23,765 bases of DNA from Paraspadella gotoi (taxonomy: Eukaryota > Animalia > Chaetognatha), in the NCBI GenBank assembly GCA_051294375.1, contig JBJCIZ010001514.1:1-23765 (forward strand), written 5' to 3'. The translations under genes and the position numbers were made by a program. How positions within the stretch are numbered: position 1 is the first letter of the stretch; every line of letters begins with the position of its first letter. The notes below the pieces were generated by a model, which was not told the DNA's origin, did not search any database, and saw nothing but the letters and a program-made list of their open reading frames with translations. Below are positions 1 through 8,893 of the stretch, in pieces.

Positions 1-1152
1 AGGAGAGATACTTGTTTGTTTTTTATCATTCAACAGATGGCGACTCGGGGACTCCTTTGCCGATTTGGTGGAACAAAAGCACATTCGCTACGGTTCGTGA
101 CGGACTCTTTGGTCGGGAGAACAGTGAAAGAAGGTAGGGTCTATTAATCTAAAACCATACATATTAGGTTAAACGTTAGCGAGTTTTTTTAAGTATAAGT
201 TATTCAAATTTATCAAATTCGACGTTTTTTTAAGACATTATGGTCGTTAAGTGGCACTGTAGTAAAGGTTAATCTCCATTTACTAAGTCTGAGTCCCATC
301 TTAACTCTTGGCTTCGGCGGTACCGACAGATTATTTTTGGAATCAAGGCAGCAGCCGACGCACGCCGCTCGATAGAGGTTAATGATAAGTAAACAAAAAA
401 TACCTAAATTAATATTTGTTAAAGAAATATTTTAGTACATACCTGAAATAAGCACGAATTCGGCAAATAATAAAAGGGTAAAAATAAAGTTATAGGATTA
501 GTAAGAGTAATTAGTTGGCTTTCTGTACTGAACCGTATTTTTTTTTTTATTCTCATGATCCTGCCGTCCTATCTTTTTCGTAATATATCGACTGCACTTT
601 ACGACTCACTTATCGTTAAAAGCTCTTCTTTCTGTTTATATCGAAAAATCCATTTTTTTCGAAAATTCCTCCTATCTCGATCCTTTAAAAGAAATCAAAA
701 AGCGAAAAGCTTTTTTTTTTTAAATAAAATTCGGCCTCCATTTTGAAATCCTTTTATAAAGTTCGGTATTTACTCCTCGTGGTTGACACAGAGTTTTAAA
801 AAAAAGGCTTTCTTTCAGTTATTGTCTGTCTTTATTTTAGACCATCTTCTTTTTTTCTATTTTTTTTATTGTCTCTTTTTTAGTCCTGATTGTCCAAATG
901 ATCAGACACTTTTTTTTTTTCATTGTTCTGAGTCAGCGTTTTTTTTTCTCTTCATTCATTTCTTTTCATAAAATAACTCAATATGTTTTCTCGTCATTGA
1001 ATTAATATCGTATTATTTATTACTAATTATATATTTTACTTCTTTCAATAGTCATCCTCTGCCTCCACCATTAAATCCTCATAAATCAAGACGGCTCTGT
1101 TTCTACCTTTAAAACTGAAAATATCCTCAGCTTAAAATTTAAATCCCGCCTT

Positions 1153-1242
1153 CCCGACTCCCTCGCCCGCCCCCAACCCGTCCCCCCCCCCCGCCCTCAC
1201 CCTTTCCGCTCGCGCCCCCCACTCCGACCAGCTCGCCTCCCT
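1153..1242 (-). other. C-rich tract (G-quadruplex-forming potential on minus strand)
   Basis: Many closely spaced C3+ runs, e.g. cgcccgcccccaacccgtcccccccccccgccctcaccc, between AT-rich flanks. Confidence 0.45.
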
Positions 1243-1794
1243 TGAAAATTTATCTTAAAAAAAATTAAAAGACGATGTTGGTTAATTTTTATTCGCTTTG
1301 AAAACAGGCAAATGTCTTTTTTCTGTCGACGGCTTTCGAGATTGTGTTGCTAAAGTTTGCTAATTGAGAAAATTGTCATCTTATTACAAACTTCTCACTC
1401 AACCCTCTCTCTCTTTCCCATTCGCTTCACTGTTTTAAATTTAATCACATGCCAACGCATCCCCGTCGATAGCAATCACGCAATCACATTTCTGGTCTCG
1501 TCCAACTGAGAGAAACAAAATATCTCTGTTATTTCGTCTCGGTGAAAACGAGTCCGACGCCAGGAACACCTGCTCGACCACACCGTCAGTTACTATTATC
1601 GAAACTCACGCCTGCCTCACCTCTTCCTCTCTCTGTCCTCACTCACATACTACTTCTCTAATCTCTGCTTGAACCAATCTTAACTTTTATCTCTCTTTCT
1701 CTCTCCCGATGTTAAGTTTTAATAGGGAAAGAATAAGATTAGTATACATAATTAGACAGATTAGTTGAGATATTAACGTATTTTGGTTACAGTT

Positions 1795-1915
1795 TTTGGT
1801 TTGGGATTAGCTTTAAGGAAAAAGGTTCAGGATTAGCATATAAGGTTAGGGATACAGGCTAAGGGTCAGAGATTAAGTTTGGTTAACTTTAGGGTTAAGC
1901 TATTGGATTAAGCAT
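1795..1915 (+). repeat. Degenerate TTAGGG-like hexamer array
   Basis: Exact TTAGGG at 1846-1851 and 1889-1894, among variants ggttag, ggttaa, gattag, ggctaa, ggatta with roughly 6-nt spacing and G/T strand bias. Confidence 0.45.
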
Positions 1916-2256
1916 TGAACAGAGACTTTCGCCGCGATACCTTTAAGGATTCTGGAACAGAAATAGGGCTCATCCTGTTTCAACCCACCCCACGCCCTTC
2001 TTCCCCCACCCCATCCCTCTTACCCCCGCCTCCTCTTTCCCCATCAAACCTCCATCATCATCCGTCCACCTTACATCGTACCCGCGGAAACCAACGACCT
2101 CTATTTTTTTTTCCCTCCGAAATTTCTTCCTCGACTTAAATTGAAGTCCCCCCTCGCTCGGCCCCGCGACTTTGGACCTCGACTCGGCGCCAAAAGTTTT
2201 TTTTTTCTTTTTTTTGCGGAATCGTCTGACGGCAACTCGGGTCCCTTTGGCGTAAC

Positions 2257-2307
2257 GGGGGGGGGGGCAGGGGTGGAAATTAGGGCAAGGCCGGTACGGG
2301 GTAGGGC
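2257..2307 (+). other. G-rich tract (G-quadruplex-forming potential)
   Basis: Long G run followed by gggg, ggg, gggg and ggg runs with short spacers. Confidence 0.45.
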
Positions 2308-3341
2308 GCGACACCGGCGAGGTGGTAACAAGGGGTCGAAAGCCGCAAAGGGTTAATCGTTTCTGGTCCCTCGTGCTTCCTCTTTCCTTTTCACTTGATG
2401 CGCTTAGTTTTCACTTTTTTTTTTTCTTTCTTTTCTCTCGGATCTTTCTTTCAACGCTTATTTTTTTTTTTCACTTTGAATTTCGTTCATATTAACGTTG
2501 ATCTTTTCTATCCTTTATTAGTTTTATATTTGCCCTTTTACTACTCTTTTTGTCCATCTCTAGATTTATTTTAATTGGGTTCCGCTGATCTCCCTTCGTT
2601 CATATCCTTGGCTACATTTCTATTATTTTCTCGCTCCTGTTTTTACATTTGTCGAATCACCCACTCATCTTTTCTTAACTGCCGGTCTCACTGGATCTTT
2701 GTTATACCTCGCGACTCTTACTCCCTTTTTTTCGTCCCCCCCTCCACCTCCTACCCAAGTGCAACCCCATGACACTCCCATTGAAAAGGGTCATCGTCTG
2801 TAGGGCATTTGTTTGACGCGTGTCCCGGCCTCAAAAGGGGGACGGAGCAGGAAGAATGATATCCAACACACGCCCCCTCCCCCACTCAAGGCCTCTCGTC
2901 CCGCTTTTCACTCTTCACATTCTAACTTTCATAAGTAAAAGCCAAAATGTTTAATAAAAAACACAAAAAAACCGTCGCACGATCCCGTTTAGTCGCGCTT
3001 ATTCGAATTATTTTATTTACAAAGAAAAAAAAACATACATGCTTCGGCAAATAATATTAGAGGTTATCTATTCTAAATTTGAAAATTGTGTACATTTTCT
3101 CTATTCAGTTTCGTTTTGTTTTGAGATTAGCGGAAAAAGAATATTTTTTTATTGTAAACAATAAATTTCGTTGTTGACAATAAAAAATTATTCTTTTTCC
3201 GCTAAATTGAAATTAAAAAATGTTTAATGGCTATGTATTAATTTTTATTTTATTTAATATTCCAGAGGAAAGCCAAGTATTTTAGAATCCATAACACGAT
3301 TTAAAAAAAATATTTAAACTTTTCGTTCTTCATCTCCGTTT

Positions 3342-3545
3342 TTGCACATCCGAGTTCACCCACCTACCTCACCGCCAGGCGGATTCGCCTACGTGACCTT
3401 CCTCCACTGCGCACGCAACTCTCTGAGTGTGCCGAGGTGCGACTTGTCCTCCGTCTTCGAAGAATCTCGTGTCAGCGACATCGCCGTCGGGTTCGAAACA
3501 GGCTCTACCCTACAAGCGCTCTACGGCCATCATACTGCACCATGA
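3342..3545 (+). CDS. Possible exon fragment with an RRM RNP-1-like motif (GGFAYVTF)
   Basis: ORF reads HIRVHPPTSPPGGFAYVTF, with the octamer at 3378-3401. It lies in a GC-rich patch followed by a GTGAGT donor-like site near 3555. The rest of an RRM is not recognisable. Confidence 0.22.
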   Translation: MHIRVHPPTSPPGGFAYVTFLHCARNSLSVPRCDLSSVFEESRVSDIAVGFETGSTLQALYGHHTAP

Positions 3546-3930
3546 AGCTGTCGGGTGAGTAAAAAGGTGAGGTGCTTCGCTGGGGGGGGGGGAGGGGGCC
3601 GTCATGACATTGGATTCTGCGCATCGAAGTCTAGAGCTATTTCAACATCAAGCGATTTCACAGCGCGGTGATATGGTTCTTCATGTCGATAGAAGCACCA
3701 CAAATTTCTAATGCTTTCGATAACTACTTGTTATCACATTTAAATCTTAATATTAGTTAGCGATAATTTTTTCTCGATTGCCAGTCTTGGTTCCGAGGGG
3801 TTCCTCCACTGCCAGTGTTCGTTCTCCGATTGCCAGTCGTTTGTTTTTCCATCGCCATCGTTTTACGTCGCTTGTCAATCGTATTCTCTCGAAACGACGC
3901 CTTCCGTCGTAATAACGTGATAACGCCATC

Positions 3931-4042
3931 ATCTCTCTCTCTCTCTCTCCTCTATTCTCTCCTCTCTCTCTCTCTCTCTCTTCTCTCTCTTCTCTCTCTC
4001 TCTCTCTCTCTTCTCGTCTCTCTCTCTCATCTTCTCTCTCTT

Positions 4043-4094
<52 letters not shown>

Positions 4095-4140
4095 CTCTCT
4101 CCTCTCGTTTTCTTTCTTCTCTTCTCTCTCTCTCCTCTCG

Positions 4141-4171
<31 letters not shown>

Positions 4172-4200
4172 ATCTTTTCTCTCTCTCTTCCGCTCTCCTC
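3931..4200. repeat. Long imperfect (CT)n/(AG)n microsatellite
   Basis: About 270 nt of almost pure C/T dinucleotide repeat with interruptions. Confidence 0.97.
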
Positions 4201-4643
4201 CAAACGCGCGCGGTTCGCCATTCCAACTTCGAATGAATTCGCCATTCGCTCTCGCCACGGCCATCCAGTCATCCGTTGCACCGGCCCAGGCGTCCCTTTC
4301 CTCCCATGCCCCCATTTCCGAACCAACCCGAAACCACCTCAATCTTCATTACAAATTCAACCACGACTTCCTCACCTGTTCTTTATCCTTTTTCAGTGGC
4401 GCAGTTTTGTAGATCGCTTTTTGCAAAACTGGAAGATTCCGGGATCTCTTACGCTGATTCTTCTGACAACCACGTTGTCACTTTAAATTCATATCTAACC
4501 GCATTTTTTTTTCGTATTTCTTTCCAACGAAACTGACAATTTCTGTTTCCCTGCCTTTGTTCTCACCTCTTACAAATTGAACGCCTGCGATTCACGCTGG
4601 GGTTTTAGTGACCCTAAAAACCTATCGTCCGCTTATATCGCTT

Positions 4644-4679
4644 CGTCGTAGCTCGTCGTCGTCGTCGTCGTCGTCGTCG
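4644..4679. repeat. (TCG)n microsatellite
   Basis: tcgtcgtagctcgtcgtcgtcgtcgtcgtcgtcg. Confidence 0.93.
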
Positions 4680-4849
4680 ATCCTCCCAGTTTCTTCGTCG
4701 TCAGACCTCATCCTGCGAGCCGTTCTACTGGAAACAGCAGGGCTGTTGTGGGCGCAAAAAGCCGGCGTCGTGCAATTGGCGTCACTGCCGCGTCATCTGT
4801 CAAAACTGGTTTTCATTCTACGTCTAACTCTCTCATCTTTTCCCTCGTC

Positions 4850-4884
<35 letters not shown>
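4850..4884. repeat. (CT)n microsatellite
   Basis: Direct dinucleotide run with one interruption. Confidence 0.93.
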
Positions 4885-4885
<1 letters not shown>

Positions 4886-5020
4886 TCCATTTCCCAGGGC
4901 AATGAACGCGATTCTGGATCAGTGGTTAAGTCAAGGGCGATTGTCAGCAACAATCTTTCCCAGGCTGGGATCGACTGGGAAGGACTTCTCGGCATCATCA
5001 TCATTTTGGGTCATCTTGGA

Positions 5021-5060
5021 AGAGAGAGAGAGGGAGAGGGAGAGGGAGAGAGAGAGAGAG
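5021..5060. repeat. (AG)n/(AGAGGG)n microsatellite
   Basis: agagagagagagggagagggagagggagagagagagagag. Confidence 0.93.
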
Positions 5061-5222
5061 AACGTATTTTTCATTTTCCATTTTGCTTCTGCTCAGGATA
5101 CGGCATTTTTATCGCAATCGCCGGCGCACTCGTCTCTCGGTTTTTGTCAAGGTTTTATGCAACGAACGAAAAAAAAGGACGGTTTACGAATATTAAATAA
5201 TTACAATACTTATCTTTTTCAG

Positions 5223-5518
5223 GCTTTTCTCCATGGTGTCATGAAAGTTTTTGGAAGATCGCGAAGTGAGTTAGTAATATAGAGATGCTTGTTTTGGTTT
5301 GTTTCAGGCAGTTTTTAGACAAACAGGAATTAAAATTGGACTGATGTCCTTATCAACTTTGTTTTTCTCCCTTGATTACAGATCATAATCACCGTCCCGC
5401 CCCTAGCGTGAAGCGGCCAAAACGAGCAGATCAAAGATGGACTTCAAAATCACCCGCGCTACAATTTCAGACGGCGACGGATTTTTGCCGGGAAACCTCA
5501 GTTGCAACCAGTTTATGA
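5223..5518 (+). CDS. Candidate spliced exon pair (5223-5265 joined to 5382-5518), product unknown
   Basis: Acceptor tctttttcAG (5221-22), donor GTGAGT (5266), branch-like CTGAT (5341), pyrimidine tract and acceptor ttacAG (5380-81). The join is in frame: AFLHGVMKVFGRSRNHNHRPAPSVKRPKRADQRW...VATSL*. No family recognised. Confidence 0.27.
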
Positions 5519-5814
5519 AAAGGCCTTTTTGTCAGAAAAACAAAATTTTTAATGATTTTATTTGATTTATGTCTTTTAGAAATTTTTGTCTGTCACAAAA
5601 GATTGTTTCCCATCTTTCTCAAACTTTCCTCAATGTCTTCAAACCCGATTAAAATGCATCAATTTCCAAAAAAAATTTTCTCTCCGTTGCTAAGAGACGC
5701 CAATCAAACATTTTTCTTCCTCTCCGAATAACCTTTTAAATTGTAAACTTTGTTCGGAGTCCATTTCCCTTTCTCCCTTCTCAGGGGCGAAAAAGAAGAG
5801 CCCAACTCTCCCCA

Positions 5815-5872
5815 ATCTCTCTCTCTTCTCCTCTCTCTCTCTCTCTCTCCTCTCTTCTCGTCTTTCTCTCTC
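5815..5872. repeat. Imperfect (CT)n microsatellite
   Basis: Direct C/T repeat run. Confidence 0.9.
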
Positions 5873-6397
5873 GGGAAAAAACGTTTTCTTTGAAAAATTT
5901 TAAGCAAAAAAATTTCAAAATTTAGAAAAGTAAAGAGAAAAAAATGGCCTCTTTTTAATAAAGAAAAAAAACGATTTTACGCTTTTTTTCTCTCGTTTTT
6001 TTGGGCGATATCGTTAAACGACTCGTCCGTGAATTGAGTGAGAAAAAAAGTTAGAAAAGTGAGAGTTTAAATAGAATATGAGAGAAGAAGCATTTTCAGT
6101 GCAGATTCTTATTTCATAATAAATAGCGTTTACGTAGAATTTCAGTAATTTTTTTTAATGTAGCTTTCTGTTTATACTTGTAATACTTTGTAATTAATTG
6201 TAATGTACTTGTTATTTTTCGTGGCAATTAGCAAACTTTATTAGAAATAGGCTTATAATTCACCATGGCAAAATTAATAAATTGAAATACGTTAGCGAAC
6301 GTTAGTGGACGAGCCGTTAAATACACACACACTAACAGCAAGACAGAAAACCCAAATGCGGAAAAAAAAAAATTTTTGAATCACAATAATGGAAAGG

Positions 6398-6636
6398 TGA
6401 AGAGACAGTAATTATTGATATAGTAGTGACAGACGTTCAACTATAAGCAGTCCCTGAAGCTTCGGATCAGGCTTGTAACACACACATGTTACAGGCGGGT
6501 TAAGCGCCCGTCCCCTCTTAACTGCCAGACGACACGCGGCAGAACCCCGGACCTTTTGGGTTGGGAGGCGCCATGACTTGCCTCGGCAACCAAATGGCCG
6601 CTGTGAACAGGTTGGTGGATTTTGTCCACCATAACA
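6398..6636 (-). repeat. Terminal direct repeat, copy 1 (putative 3' LTR)
   Basis: TG...CA bounded. Shares colinear exact blocks with copy 2: TGAAGAGACAG, TATAAGCAGTCCCTGA, CATGTTACAGGCGG, TTAAGCGCCCGTCCC, AACTGCCAGACGAC, ATGACTTGCCTC, TGGTGGATTTTGTCCACCATA. Confidence 0.9.
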
Positions 6637-6646
6637 TCCCCCCTCC
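6637..6646 (-). other. Polypurine tract (PPT)
   Basis: Plus strand tcccccctcc reads GGAGGGGGGA on the minus strand, immediately 5' of the repeat start TGTTATGG. Confidence 0.6.
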
Positions 6647-6684
6647 GTAGGGAGAAGTCTGTTTGCGTCTCTTCAGTAATTGTT

Positions 6685-6811
6685 TGTTGTTGGTGGAAAG
6701 TTCGTCACCAAAGGTTGAGCCATGTCGGCCTGATGGTGTTGTGGGCGGAATGCATCACCAGGTTGAGTTCATGTCGCCTGAAAGTGCTTTGTTGTTGTGT
6801 TGTGTTCGGAA
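6685..6811. repeat. Internal ~50-bp tandem repeat (two copies plus a partial one)
   Basis: tcaccaaaggttgagccatgtcggcctga (6705-6733) versus tcaccaggttgagttcatgtcgcctga (6755-6781); each is preceded by tgttgt...ggaa. Confidence 0.75.
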
Positions 6812-6826
6812 GTCGGGGCTCACACA
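6812..6826 (-). other. Primer-binding site, tRNA-Trp type (degenerate)
   Basis: Plus strand GTCGGGGCTCACACA matches the eukaryotic tRNA-Trp 3' end GTCGGGGTCACCA with two single-base insertions, and lies 2 nt from the repeat boundary. Confidence 0.55.
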
Positions 6827-6828
6827 AT

Positions 6829-7063
6829 TGAAGAGACAGAAATTAATTGATATATGTTAGTGAGACAGAACCGTTCAATATAAGCAGTCCCTGAGCTTTC
6901 GGGACAGGCGTAACAACCCATGTTACAGGCGGTTAAGCGCCCGTCCCTTTAAACTGCCAGACGACCACCGGGCAAAGAACCGGAACCTTTGGTTGGGAAG
7001 GCGAATGACTTGCCTCCGGCACAATGGCCGCTGATGAAACGGTGGTGGATTTTGTCCACCATA
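6829..7063 (-). repeat. Terminal direct repeat, copy 2 (putative 5' LTR)
   Basis: Colinear with 6398-6633. Differences are mainly 1-2 nt indels, and it lacks the final ACA of copy 1. Confidence 0.9.
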
Positions 7064-7346
7064 TGGAAAGGTTACTGAAAACTGGAATTAAATTACATCT
7101 CACTGTGTAAAATAATACACCTTTCGAAGTTCCCATCAATGTCGTTATGCTTTAAAAAAAAAGAAGGGGATATTTGCCTATGCGAGGCAGATGTTTGTAA
7201 TGTTAAGGATGAAAATGTTCAAGTCCACACAATTTTCTATCAGGCGCAGGGACAACAACAAGAACACTAATAACATAGTAATTATTATTGTCAAAATATG
7301 TAAGTTTGAGTCCAAATTTCACGAAAACAAACCGAACGTCAAACGG

Positions 7347-7940
7347 TTAATCCCCTTTTTCGCCACTCTCCCTCGCCGATCCCGCTCTACTTCGCCACTC
7401 CTCCATTCCGCCACTCCCGGTTTCCGCCACGCCCCCGCCACGCCCACTTTTCCTCCTCTTCCTCTCCTCGTTGTCGGCCAAGGCGCCGATCGCCGCCGGC
7501 AGAGGTCTCCGCTCCGGTTCGAGTCGCGTCGTTTCTCTCACCGCCCGACGCATTCTGTCAGAGTAGATTTGAGGCAGTTCGAACGGAAGCGGTACCGCCT
7601 CGGGTTCATGGGCGACGGGAGGGGCTGCGGGAGGGGCTACCGAAGGGGCGGCGGGAAATGCGGCGGGCGAGGTTGTCGACGAAGCGTTCGGTGTCTCCAT
7701 CGTGTCCATGTAATCAACCGGAGGTTCCGGGGGGGAGTCCGTCTCTTCGGGAATGTCAAACGTCGAGCCCCAACCCCTTCGAGGGTGGCCCGAATAGCCC
7801 ACAAGGCCCACGGAGTCGATGGCGGAGCCTTCGGGAGCGGCGACAGATCGGCGCCACTGAAGGTTCGAAGATTTTCGACTGAGTCGCGGTTTGGGGATCG
7901 GGTCTTGGAGGCTCTCCGCGGGACGGCCGATTCGAGACAA
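7347..7940 (-). CDS. Possible coding exon, Pro/Ala/Glu-rich low-complexity protein of unknown function
   Basis: 197-codon frame in a GC-rich block with protein-like disordered composition (DIPEETDSPPEPPVDY, PAAPSVAPPAAPP, RKRRKS). No ATG at the 5' end and no recognisable domain. Confidence 0.28.
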   Translation of the reverse strand: MSRIGRPAESLQDPIPKPRLSRKSSNLQWRRSVAAPEGSAIDSVGLVGYSGHPRRGWGSTFDIPEETDSPPEPPVDYMDTMETPNASSTTSPAAFPAAPSVAPPAAPPVAHEPEAVPLPFELPQIYSDRMRRAVRETTRLEPERRPLPAAIGALADNEERKRRKSGRGGGVAETGSGGMEEWRSRAGSARESGEKGD

Positions 7941-8708
7941 GACGTCTCGAGCGTCGGCGAAGGGAGGACGACCGACTCGGCAGAAGTAGGCGAGGATTGA
8001 ACCGAGGGAGAAGACGTCGGAGGAGGGAGAGTGGGAGGAAAGGGAGAAGGAGGAGGAGATTACCTTGAAGGAGGGAGGGAGGGAGGTGGAGCGGGGGTGG
8101 TGGTGAGATTAAAAATGAAAAAATTGGCGAGGGAGGAAGGGAAGAGAGTGAAAAGAGATTAGGAAAGCGAGGCAAATAATGTAGGGAAGTCAGGCTGGAT
8201 AAATAACTGTAAAGGAGGAAACAGAAGTAGTAAATTCTATTTTAACATTAAAATTAATTAAGCAATTAGAAATTAAAATCCGGTTTTTCCGAAACCGAAA
8301 TATTTGCGTCGGATTTTTAACAAATAACTGCTTCTCTTTCACGCACGAAAACAACGGAAAAAGATTACAGTAATTAAATTTTTTCCTTTTTTTTCCTTAA
8401 AATTATTTTGTAAAGGAAAAAAAGGCAACTAATTAAAGTTTTTTTAATCAAAAAATATAAAAAGTAAAGTTTTTGTTTGTGTTTTTTTGATTTTTTTATT
8501 TTTGCATTTCCACGATTTTAACTAACTAGTCACTCACTTCAGGCGCGATGTAGCCTCCGGTTTGAGCCTTTTTTCTGCGTAATGTCGTCCAGACGAAATC
8601 ACCGTCCAAAAATTTGGTTAAACCGAAGTTATGCGACTTTCCACAGAATATCGTTGCCGTTTCTGAAAGCATTTCATCAAATCAAAAGTTTGAATTCAAT
8701 TGGGCTAA

Positions 8709-8893
8709 TTAGTAACTTGCGACCAAACCCGATATGCTACAACCTGCACCGCCATGACGTTGTCGGCTTGAGTCGCCGGTCAGAACGCCCAGCGCCGTGC
8801 AAGTTTGCCTGCAGGCCGGCCGGCGATGTGTTTCGCCAGGCGCCACGCCCGCCACTCTCGCCCGTCGGTCCATTGCCAAACAGAGTGGTTGTC
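8709..8893 (-). pseudogene. Possible frameshifted C-type-lectin-like exon fragment
   Basis: Acceptor tttccAG, then DNHSVWQWTDGREWRA. Restoring one G near 8843 continues W-APGE-THRRPACRQTCTALGVLTG. Motif spacing is imperfect. Confidence 0.2.

Larger units (their letters stand above)
6398..7063 (-). mobile_element. Non-autonomous miniature LTR retrotransposon (TRIM-like)
   Basis: Two ~235-bp direct repeats flank a ~190-bp non-coding core. On the minus strand a tRNA-Trp-like PBS lies 2 nt inside the 5' repeat and a PPT (GGAGGGGGGA) directly precedes TGTTA at the 3' repeat. TGGAAAGG is duplicated on both flanks (6390-6397 and 7064-7071). Confidence 0.68.

Noticed and set aside
3815-4486. 223-aa plus ORF and the antisense ER-repeat ORFs
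   Set aside because: Open only because (CT)n/(AG)n lacks stop codons; poly-SL and poly-RE translations.
4608-5282. 224-aa ORF and overlapping ORFs
   Set aside because: Stitched through three microsatellites, with no domain-like content.
7031-7040. CTGATGAAAC in LTR copy 2 as a hammerhead (retrozyme hypothesis)
   Set aside because: No stem II between CUGAUGA and GAAA, and copy 1 reads ctgtgaac.
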